From IMG/VR virus record IMGVR_UViG_3300050821_003619, positions 1 through 64,000 of that record: a stretch of 64,000 nucleotides of DNA; one strand, written 5' to 3'. Of the stretch, positions 55,702-64,000 are shown one piece after another. This DNA comes from a virus. The translations under genes were made by a program, and so were the position numbers. The notes under the pieces are model-generated. The model had not been told where the DNA came from. It did not search any database and saw only the letters and a list, made by a program, of their open reading frames with translations. Positions within the stretch are counted from its first letter, which is position 1; each line of letters opens with the position of its first letter.

Positions 55702-57762
55702 ATGTCAAGAGCGATACCCGAGGAATTACGCAATAGCGCAGGCTTACAGTATATTGTAAGCAAAGGATGGGACTGGGAAGGTCCTTCTTCTGGACAAGTA
55801 AAAGTGCGTGAGTGTCCCATCTGTCATAAAGGTGACTACAAATTCCTAATGAACGTCAGTAGTCCCGAGCAGGGTTCCAGAGACGGACTTTTTATGTGTT
55901 TCCATGGAAGCTGCGGAGCAACTGGGAACTTAGTAAAGTTAAAAGAACTGATGGGGGACCGTATAGCTGGTGTTCAATCCCGTGGAGATTGGGCCGGTAA
56001 GAAGGACAACAAACCTCCTGATCAACTACCAGATGTTGAAGTATGCCACGCTACCCTGCTAGGTGACGCCGAGGCTATGGATTACCTTATCCATGAGCGC
56101 GGGTTCACCGAAGAGATTATCAGGCAACAGAAACTAGGTATCAAAGAGAAGCAGTGGTTCAGAGAGGCCGGTGAAACCAGAGCGCTGGTGTACCCTTATT
56201 TGGTAAATGGTAACATCGTATACGCCAAGTATCGTACTCTGCCTCCTGATCCTAAAGATTTCAGTGCTCCATCGGGCTGGGAGGCCCCACTGTATAATGG
56301 ACAAATCCTCCAAGAAGGTCTTAAAGAAGTTATCTTCGTTGAAGGCGAAGCCAATGCAGTCGGAATGCTCTCGCATGGTATTAGCTGCGTTTGCGGAGTG
56401 CCGGGAGCCAATGTTAAGAAAGCTGCTTGGATTGAAGCCCTTGATCAAATAGCACCAGAGAGGATTTATATATTCTATGACCACGACAAAGCAGGCAACA
56501 AAGCGGCACAAGAAATCGCCTCGCGTATCGGCATCGACAAGTGCCTCAAAATCACGCTTCCTGCCTTTGAGGTGCAAGTACCCCTCGATGAGTGCAAGCT
56601 ATGTGGAGAAGATGGACTCGATGTTAAAACAGGGCAACCCTGCTCTCATAGAAGAAGCGGCAAAGATTTTAATGAGTGGTTCCAAAAGGGAAAAGGTACG
56701 CTTGAAGGTTTTGAAGAGCTTAAAGAAAAAGCGAAACTCTTCGATGTCACAGGCGTCACGTCCTCGAAAGACGCGTTAGAGCAATTAGAGGACGAACTTG
56801 CTGGTAAAGAGGACCTTGCCCCAAAGTACGTTACGCAGTATCCAGCACTAAACATGCTGGTAGGATTTGAAGATGGGGACATTGTAGATATCGTTGCACC
56901 GGGCAAGATTGGCAAAACTACTTTTGGTTTGAATTTAATTGACCATATGGTAGCTACATACGGTGAAGACGGGCTGGTCGTGTGCTTAGAAATGACTCAG
57001 GCACGACTGGCCCGTAAGTGGGTGAGCATTGTTACAGGGTTCGAAGAAGTGCCGCATCCACCCGGAAGCGATGAAGCCAAAGCTAAGCTTGCTGAATTGA
57101 AAGACTCAGTGATCAAAGCGAAGGAAATTCAACGTGAACGTGGAGCCGACCTATACTTCGCGTACCCTCAACTTGTGAAAGAGCCAGAGGATGTTTTCAA
57201 GCTTATTAGAGATTGTATCCGTCGCTACGGCGTTAAGTGGGTCATGTTTGATAACCTACAGCGTCTGTGTGATGATACTCTCAAGCATCAAGGTCACAGA
57301 ACCGTCCATCTCTCCCAAATAAGCAAAGGGTTCGCTAAGCTAGCCAAGGATTACAAAATAAAGCTGATCCGCATTGTGCAGCCTAAGCAAATCGATGCCG
57401 GTGAAGTGATCACCTCTCGCAGCGTAGATGGTTCATCACAAATTGAGAAAGATTGTGATGCTCAGATTCTATTGTGGAGAAAAAGCCTGAATAGCCCCAA
57501 AGCTAGTCAATATGATGATGAGCAAGAATCGGGAGAAGAAAAGCAGGAAATCTTCGATAAAGATATGAAGGTTACGGTGTCTCTATCCCGCTATAGTTCT
57601 GGGGGCTGGTGCTGGCTTGTATTTGATGGCGCACGCTCTACGGTAAAATCGAAAGTAACTACTAAGGACAAGCAAAACTTTAATGCTATCATAAACGGTG
57701 CCGTGCCTGTAGAGGCTAGCCCAACTCCGATAGCTATACCTCAGGAAGAAATAAATGTTTAA
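55702..57762 (+). CDS. Primase-helicase (Zn finger, Toprim, SF4 helicase)
   Basis: CPIC...CFHGSC, VEGE, YDHD..G, KDFNE, APGKIGKT, LEM, FDNL. Confidence 0.9.
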   Translation: MSRAIPEELRNSAGLQYIVSKGWDWEGPSSGQVKVRECPICHKGDYKFLMNVSSPEQGSRDGLFMCFHGSCGATGNLVKLKELMGDRIAGVQSRGDWAGKKDNKPPDQLPDVEVCHATLLGDAEAMDYLIHERGFTEEIIRQQKLGIKEKQWFREAGETRALVYPYLVNGNIVYAKYRTLPPDPKDFSAPSGWEAPLYNGQILQEGLKEVIFVEGEANAVGMLSHGISCVCGVPGANVKKAAWIEALDQIAPERIYIFYDHDKAGNKAAQEIASRIGIDKCLKITLPAFEVQVPLDECKLCGEDGLDVKTGQPCSHRRSGKDFNEWFQKGKGTLEGFEELKEKAKLFDVTGVTSSKDALEQLEDELAGKEDLAPKYVTQYPALNMLVGFEDGDIVDIVAPGKIGKTTFGLNLIDHMVATYGEDGLVVCLEMTQARLARKWVSIVTGFEEVPHPPGSDEAKAKLAELKDSVIKAKEIQRERGADLYFAYPQLVKEPEDVFKLIRDCIRRYGVKWVMFDNLQRLCDDTLKHQGHRTVHLSQISKGFAKLAKDYKIKLIRIVQPKQIDAGEVITSRSVDGSSQIEKDCDAQILLWRKSLNSPKASQYDDEQESGEEKQEIFDKDMKVTVSLSRYSSGGWCWLVFDGARSTVKSKVTTKDKQNFNAIINGAVPVEASPTPIAIPQEEINV

Positions 57763-58120
57763 CGAAATTGACCGTATTGCAGCCTTATCTGTGATTGTAG
57801 GTATAGGCGCAGCGTTCTCAGCAGCACTGTATTACACATTGAAACCACCAACACAACCAACACAAAGGACACAAGACGTGGATAAGAATCTGACTATTGC
57901 AACTTACATTAAGCAGTTCGTGAACGACCGTGCAACCTCAAATGAGCCTCACTTCTTTGCCAACGCATTGCGTGAGTTCGTCTCCACCAATTCGGGCACT
58001 ATTCCTGCACCCGGCACCACTGATCGTATCCTTCGTAAGCTTCGTCAGAAGGGCGAGATCGATTACGCAGTGGAAAACCGTAAGCTGTCCTATTACCTTG
58101 CTAAGCCGGTAGTGAAGTGA
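57755..58120 (+). CDS. Hypothetical protein with N-terminal TM and winged-helix-like C-terminus
   Basis: DRILRKLRQKGEIDY. Confidence 0.5.
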   Translation: MFNEIDRIAALSVIVGIGAAFSAALYYTLKPPTQPTQRTQDVDKNLTIATYIKQFVNDRATSNEPHFFANALREFVSTNSGTIPAPGTTDRILRKLRQKGEIDYAVENRKLSYYLAKPVVK

Positions 58121-58599
58121 TTTATATCGGCATTGATCCCGGTTTATCGGGAGCCGTTGCGATTATTGACGGCACAGATGTAAAGCTGTTTGATACACCC
58201 ACGGCTGAAACTGGAAAAGGCAGCAAGAGAGACTATCTGATTGCCAATATGTCTGACATCCTAAGGACTACTCAGCCCTTTTACATGTTTGCCGTATTAG
58301 AGGCTGTGCACTCCATGCCTAAACAAGGGGTAGCTTCTAGTTTTAGTTTTGGTCGTGGGTTGGGTATCTGGGAAGGCATCCTATCGGCGCATAGTATACC
58401 GTATGCTAAGGTAGCTCCTCAGACTTGGAAGAAAGCTATGTTAGGGGACATGCCGAGAGACAATAAAGACTCATCTCGCATAGCAGCCACCCGGCTGTTC
58501 CCTAATGCATCAGACATGCTGGCACGTAAGAAAGATGACGGAAGAGCCGAGGCACTTTTGATGGCAGAATATGGAAAGAGACTAAGAGGAAAAGCATGA
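58117..58599 (+). CDS. RuvC-like Holliday junction resolvase
   Basis: IGIDPGLSGA, LEAV, FSFG, PQTWK, DGRAEALL. Confidence 0.88.
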   Translation: MIYIGIDPGLSGAVAIIDGTDVKLFDTPTAETGKGSKRDYLIANMSDILRTTQPFYMFAVLEAVHSMPKQGVASSFSFGRGLGIWEGILSAHSIPYAKVAPQTWKKAMLGDMPRDNKDSSRIAATRLFPNASDMLARKKDDGRAEALLMAEYGKRLRGKA

Positions 58600-58759
58600 A
58601 AATTTATAAAATTGATATTAGCCACAAACAATGGGGCAACAACTGGGACTCACAAAAAATCGCGGCACGTAATTTTAATGAAGTTGTACGTAAGATTAAA
58701 AAGACACTTGGTCGCAATGAAAATATAGAGAGTGTACAGGTACTGGCCTCTACCAACTA

Positions 58760-59179
58760 ATGATTGATAAGTCCGAGAAGTATAAGCGCGTCTTCGAAGA
58801 CGTGCGAGCCCTCTACTTAGTTGTGCGCGAGGCCCAAGAGGAACGTGGTTTACCGCTACGTAGGGCAGCGATTCGTTCCAATGGGGAAGTAGCCGCTGAA
58901 GCAATTGATTTTCTATGCGATGTAGAACTTAAAGCCAAGCGGGTGCTTCCTCCGGTAGAATTCGATATGTTACAATTAGGTCTGGAAATTACTTCCGGGT
59001 CCAAATCGGCGCTAGGCGAAGTATTCCTAAAATGCAAACTGGGAGTAAGCGGTGATTATAAAAGCCTCTATTTCCACACAAAGCAAGTGATGGATGGACA
59101 GCCGTTAAACAGCATAGAGTTCGGCAAGGTGTCTGATCCTGCACCGTCACTGGAAGACTACGATAGGAGAACTGCGTAA
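58760..59179 (+). CDS. Hypothetical protein
   Basis: Coupled start. Confidence 0.55.
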   Translation: MIDKSEKYKRVFEDVRALYLVVREAQEERGLPLRRAAIRSNGEVAAEAIDFLCDVELKAKRVLPPVEFDMLQLGLEITSGSKSALGEVFLKCKLGVSGDYKSLYFHTKQVMDGQPLNSIEFGKVSDPAPSLEDYDRRTA

Positions 59180-59880
59180 TGAGTTATGATTTAAAAGCAA
59201 CCGAGTTAGAATTTCTTCAATATTTCTATAGCGCAGCAGGAGAGTGCTTTGGTCCTGCCGACAATGAAATATACCAAGCAATAAAAGAAAATTTTAAGAA
59301 GTGGAAAGGTAAGGAATTACCTGATGGATACGCAATCGAACAGTGCTGAGGTGCACCTTACAGCAGAGAACGTAGAAAATACCGATTTAGAGCATTTGAA
59401 AGAAGTGCCAGAGAAACCAAAGCAATTAACCAGAGCCGAAATTGGTAAACTTCGTAGAGCATATATTACTGTGGTGCACGGCATCGTAAAAGCCTGTGGG
59501 CACAAGTTTGATCCCAAGGGTCAACCACGAATGTCAAATTGTCCATGGTGCTGGGAAGCGTATTTTATGGTGGCTGTAGATACGGCTGCTATCCACAACG
59601 ATCTAATGAAGGGCGGGAAGAAGGCTCTGGAGGCAAAATTCGGCAAGACGTTCGTTAAGCAGTTTGGACAATTCCTGATTGAGCAGATGACGAAGGAAAT
59701 GCATGAGAACAACAGTAGACCCACAAATAGTGATAGTGGAAGCACAGATCAACATACACACAGCGATCAATGCGATCATGGAGTTCGCGGTGAAGTACCC
59801 AGCGGAGAGACTCAGCCCATTGGAGGCTGAACAACTTGAATACGCTGCAGGACGAATAAGAGAACGTATAAGCAAACACT

Positions 59881-60240
59881 ATGCTGAGGAGAGCAATGGG
59901 AGAGATACTGGAATTCAAACGACCGGAACCGAAGATGCCTTCAAAGAAGCCTATAGACGCATCAATCCCGATAGTCTCCTCGATCACCACGGAGGAGACG
60001 GCAGATAGTCTTCCACGTAAAGTACTAGAAGATGTGCTTGAGTTTGCCGATGACATAGCTGATATTCTGATTATGGTCAGAGGCACGGACGGTACGTTAG
60101 GGTTCGTTACAAGCACAGATGGGTTTGAATCAAGCTTAGCTTTAATTGAATCCGTAAAATTTGGAATGCTCTTAAACAACGCAGTTAATAGCGGGTATAA
60201 CCCCGGCACGGGGGACACTCCTCCGAAAGGATCAGCTTAA
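59881..60240 (+). CDS. Hypothetical protein
   Basis: GAGGAG RBS before MGEILEF. Confidence 0.5.
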   Translation: MLRRAMGEILEFKRPEPKMPSKKPIDASIPIVSSITTEETADSLPRKVLEDVLEFADDIADILIMVRGTDGTLGFVTSTDGFESSLALIESVKFGMLLNNAVNSGYNPGTGDTPPKGSA

Positions 60241-61637
60241 TGCTCAAAAAACTTTTATTGTTCTTGTTCGTCGTAGCTTGTACGGTAACCGGTGTAGCCC
60301 AGATGGGAACAGGCATTTCCCAATTTGCAACGGCTGTCACCGGAGATAACTTCGCACTATGCAGTGTATCCACGGGACGAAACTGCTTTAACCTTAGTGG
60401 TCCTGCATCTCCTGTGACCTTTACCAAGGTTGGGGCAGGTGTGGATAAATTCGCTCTTGCTTTGGATGTGAACGGAAACATCTACAAGTTTAACGAATAC
60501 CCGTCTGGAATCTGGACGGCTCTGCCTAATTTGGGAACTGGTTACAAAGGCATTGCTGTAGGAGACGCTAATCACGTCTACGTTCTAAAGAATGCCCGAG
60601 GAGCCGACTTTTACATCTACCAGCTAAACATGTCTACTGGAGCGCTGACAGCAGTCGCCGGAGGAGCAGGACAGCAGATTTCTGCCAAGGGCTCAACCGT
60701 AACAACCGCCATTAGCAACGGGGACGCTTTTGTAAGTCAAAACGGGGGAGAGTGGACTCTACTCCCGTGTGTCGGATGTTGGCGGTATGTTTCTCCGGCT
60801 TCTATTGGATACAGTGATTTTGTAGGTGCTAAAACCGATGAAAGTCTTTGGTACTACAACGGGAGCACTTTGAAACAAATTACTCCCGGTGGAGGATTGG
60901 CTATAGAAATGTCGCTCGAAGGCGATATCTATGTCATTGGCGGGGATAATCCTGATCACATCTATCACTTGATCCTGTACAACTTCCTTAGCGGGAAAAT
61001 AGCATGGGATGAGCTTGGTGGTGGACCTATGAGTGCCATCGCTACTGGCGGTACGATGTTCAACTGGTTCATTGGACCCCCGGTGAACGGATACACTATC
61101 TATCGCTTCGCAGACCAAGCTATCGGTGGACAAACAACTTTAACCGAAAATTCTGTACAATGCTCTGGTCCCGGCTGTCCGGCGACTCACGTAGGAAAAA
61201 CTTCGGCAGGACTGAACTTGTCTTCTAGTAATACTCCCAGTCCCAATACGGTTCCCGGCTCTCTTACTCAATGGACCGGTAATCCTACCAATCCGTTCAA
61301 CATTAAATCGATTGCATGGGATAGTAACCCTTTCGATTGTTTAGATGATTTTGGTTGCAACATGATTTTCGACAATTCCACAGTGAACTGCAGCGTGCTT
61401 GGAAACATCGACAATCAGACTCTGGCAGATGGTGGACCATTGCCCTTGTGCCCTCCAGACAATCAATGCTGTTCTCTGGCGGACCCCGGCAACAAGAGCC
61501 TGCATCAATGCAGTGCGTTTTGTCCGCAGTATTGTCCTCCTCCACCACCAAAGCCGCCTGTTCCACCAACTCCTCCGAAGCCGAAGCCTACACCGCTTCC
61601 TCTTCCGTATCCTTGTAAGATTCATTGCCGCAAGTAA
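60240..61637 (+). CDS. Exported beta-propeller (tectonin/lectin-like) protein with Cys/Pro-rich tail
   Basis: Signal peptide; repeats W..L.G.G..IAVG; terminal PPPPKPP and Cys clusters. Confidence 0.6.
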   Translation: MLKKLLLFLFVVACTVTGVAQMGTGISQFATAVTGDNFALCSVSTGRNCFNLSGPASPVTFTKVGAGVDKFALALDVNGNIYKFNEYPSGIWTALPNLGTGYKGIAVGDANHVYVLKNARGADFYIYQLNMSTGALTAVAGGAGQQISAKGSTVTTAISNGDAFVSQNGGEWTLLPCVGCWRYVSPASIGYSDFVGAKTDESLWYYNGSTLKQITPGGGLAIEMSLEGDIYVIGGDNPDHIYHLILYNFLSGKIAWDELGGGPMSAIATGGTMFNWFIGPPVNGYTIYRFADQAIGGQTTLTENSVQCSGPGCPATHVGKTSAGLNLSSSNTPSPNTVPGSLTQWTGNPTNPFNIKSIAWDSNPFDCLDDFGCNMIFDNSTVNCSVLGNIDNQTLADGGPLPLCPPDNQCCSLADPGNKSLHQCSAFCPQYCPPPPPKPPVPPTPPKPKPTPLPLPYPCKIHCRK

Positions 61638-61684
61638 CCTAATGGGGAGCCCTACGGGGCTCCTCTAACTTAGAAAGGCATAGA

Positions 61685-62776
61685 TTGGCTTTTGGTAAAA
61701 AGAAAGAAAAAGAAGAGATTAAGAAAGAAAAAGTTGAAGCGCCCACAACTGAAGTAGAAAAGTTTAAGCGTCTCTTCGCCCTGTCTACCCAATTGGACAA
61801 GGACTTCAACACAGAAAATACATTGCAACGTATGGACAGCAAGGTTATAGTTGCTGTACCTAGCATTGCTACAGGTCTTCCAACTTTTGACTATACTGTA
61901 ATGCAAAGTGGTGGCATTCCTCGTGGTCGAATCATAGAAATATTCGGCCCAGAATCCGCTGGCAAAACCAGTATCACTTTGCACATTATTGCCGAAGAGC
62001 AGCGTAACGGAGGCATAGCAGCCTTCGTTGACGCCGAGCACGCCCTTGATCCGTCCTATGCCCGAAAGCTAGGGGTCAATGTCGATAAGCTGCTGATCAG
62101 TCAGCCCAGCTACGGCGAGCAGGCTCTAACCATTGTGGAGAGGCTGATTGAGTCTAAAGCCGTCAGCATAATCGTGGTGGATTCTGCCGCTGCTCTTACA
62201 CCCAAGGCCGAATTAGAAGGAGAGATGGGAGATAACCATGTAGGGCTGCAATCCCGTATGATGTCTCAGGCTATGCGTAAGCTGGCCGGTATCGCCTTCG
62301 ACAACAAGGTCACAGTAATATTCATTAACCAGATACGCGAGAAGATTGGCACCATGTACGGCAATCCAGAGACTACGCCCGGTGGACGTGCTCTAAAGCA
62401 CTATGCCAGCGTGCGTATCGATGTGCGTCGTAGAGAAGCCATCACTTTGTCTGGTAGCAAGGAAGACAAAAACATCCTTGGGCACGGTATTAAATTGAAA
62501 GCCGTGAAGAACAAAGTGGGTGTACCTTTCCGTGAAACAGAAGTAAAGCTGTTCTATGAGGATGGGTTTGACAAGATCGACAACTTGATTGAGTTTGCTT
62601 CTGACCTAAATCTGTTTGAGAGAGCAGGAGCATGGTACACATATGAGGAGCAGAGATTTCAGGGCTTAGCCGCTTTGAAAGAAGCTCTGAGTAATGACCC
62701 AAAGATCGTTGCATCTATTCAAAATAAAGTTAAAAAGATTGTAGATGCTCAGGTAGTGGTACCCACAGGAGTATAA
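61685..62776 (+). CDS. recA: RecA recombinase
   Basis: GPESAGKT, DAEHALDP, VDSAAAL, INQIREKIG, PGGRALK, KNKV. Confidence 0.96.
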   Translation: MAFGKKKEKEEIKKEKVEAPTTEVEKFKRLFALSTQLDKDFNTENTLQRMDSKVIVAVPSIATGLPTFDYTVMQSGGIPRGRIIEIFGPESAGKTSITLHIIAEEQRNGGIAAFVDAEHALDPSYARKLGVNVDKLLISQPSYGEQALTIVERLIESKAVSIIVVDSAAALTPKAELEGEMGDNHVGLQSRMMSQAMRKLAGIAFDNKVTVIFINQIREKIGTMYGNPETTPGGRALKHYASVRIDVRRREAITLSGSKEDKNILGHGIKLKAVKNKVGVPFRETEVKLFYEDGFDKIDNLIEFASDLNLFERAGAWYTYEEQRFQGLAALKEALSNDPKIVASIQNKVKKIVDAQVVVPTGV

Positions 62777-63297
62777 TGAAGAAGAAGCTCTGGATACAAA
62801 CCTATTCGGGGCTGAGGTTTGATTATAGCAACATCAAGGGCAATAGAATCGTTATAGAGGATATTGCCCACTCTTTATCAAACATCGCCCGATTCACAGG
62901 CCACACAGATTTCTACTCAGTGGCTCAGCACTCGATATACGTATCACAAAACGTTCCACCAGAGGATGCTCTTTGGGGCCTGCTGCACGATGCTTCAGAA
63001 GCGTACGCCGGGGATGTCAATAAACCGCTAAAGAATAAGCTGGGGGACAGCTATAGGGATATAGAAGGTAAGATTCACCGATTAGTAGCCAAGACCTTTA
63101 AACTTAAGGGCAGCATACCTATGTCAGTTCATCTTGCTGACCTTAGGCTGCTGCTTACAGAGAAAAGAGACCTGTTTCGAGATCAGATACCGTGGGATGG
63201 ATATGTAGGACTAGAGCCGTTCGCATTCAAGATTAAACCGTGGTCTCCAAAAGTGGCAAAGAAGAAATTCTTAGAAAAATTCAAATACCTGTACTAG
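62776..63297 (+). CDS. HD-domain nucleotide phosphohydrolase
   Basis: IAHSLS..RF.GH..YSVAQHS...LLHDASEAY.GD. Confidence 0.88.
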   Translation: MKKKLWIQTYSGLRFDYSNIKGNRIVIEDIAHSLSNIARFTGHTDFYSVAQHSIYVSQNVPPEDALWGLLHDASEAYAGDVNKPLKNKLGDSYRDIEGKIHRLVAKTFKLKGSIPMSVHLADLRLLLTEKRDLFRDQIPWDGYVGLEPFAFKIKPWSPKVAKKKFLEKFKYLY

Positions 63298-63306
63298 GAG
63301 AAAGTA

Positions 63307-63697
63307 ATGTATGCCGGACAATTCGAACCAGAGTGGGAAGAGCAATACAACTCAGCAGAGCCAATTGACGCACTCAAATACCTTTTCTACCTCATCACAA
63401 GGAAAGCGGAAGAGAAAGCGCAACCGAGGAAAAAGAAATCCGGCACTGGCACCAAAAAAGTTTCAAGCTCCAGTAAAAGAGTACGTAAGCAAGTGCTGCT
63501 CAGTAGCAGCGAAGAAACCGAGAACAGGAACTTCGACTGGAACGCGCTCCGAAGGATCAGGAAAGAAAGTAACTATTGACCCTACGCAAGTGAAAGGTCT
63601 TAGTGGCTGGCGTTGTGGTGCTTGCGGGAAAGCGTGTAAGGTGACGCCTCAGGCTCCAAAGCCAAAGGAGGATGCACCGGTTGAAACACACGTTTAG
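63307..63697 (+). CDS. Zn-ribbon protein, apparently split by a +1 frameshift in the A-run at 63454-63459
   Basis: RBS-supported frame 63307 joins ...KKFQAPVKEYVSKCCS...WRCGACGKAC of frame 63311. Confidence 0.5.
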
Positions 63698-64000
63698 GGG
63701 CTACATACTGTTTGTTTTTGGTTACATTTTCTTAGCCATTGCACATCGGTCCCCCAAACCGGAGTTATTTGCCGTTGCCATGTTTCTCTTTATTGTCGCT
63801 CTGGTTATGTTTGTTTACAGCATAGTGAGGAATCAATGAAAAAGTTTTTATTGCTAACCGTGCTTCTGTTAACGGGACTTACGGAGGCTGCTATACCGAA
63901 GCACGGTTCGAATTCATTGGGGGTAGTGATATCACAAGAGAACCCGTTTACCTACCGTGCAGGATCAGTCATAACCGTATTTGATGTAGAAGAAGGTAAA

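Noticed and set aside
20358-63297. 2-aminoadenine (Z) genome pathway from PolA + MazG-like + HD hydrolase
   Set aside because: No purZ in the window; these enzymes are common in ordinary phages.

Overview
This window is a 64-kb segment of a tailed dsDNA bacteriophage. No integrase is visible. From left to right it contains: (i) a minus-strand head and packaging module (major capsid, scaffold, portal, TerL, probable TerS) with free-standing HNH/EndoVII genes; (ii) a ~7-kb minus-strand RNA island with 28 CCA-encoding tRNAs, a Ro60/TROVE gene, five Y-RNA-like RNAs sharing one conserved stem but carrying different inserts, an RNase P RNA and several unassigned small RNAs; (iii) plus-strand DNA metabolism genes (family A polymerase, class II RNR, MazG-like, RNase H, two phosphoesterases) interleaved with both tRNA-Lys genes and an odd UAU tRNA; (iv) a probable genome-end region followed by ~1.2 kb of structured non-coding sequence; (v) an early region of small ORFs, four of them preceded by the same Shine-Dalgarno-switch architecture; (vi) replication and recombination genes (ParB-like, PD-(D/E)xK nuclease, SF2 helicase, primase-helicase, RuvC-like, RecA, HD hydrolase) and a circularly permuted two-piece tmRNA. 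The strongest candidates for new biology are the modular Ro60/Y-RNA family, the permuted tmRNA with a long structured spacer, the repeated SD switch and the large left-end RNA. All calls come from reading motifs and base-pairing by eye. No searches or folding programs were run, and RNA ends may be off by a few nucleotides.
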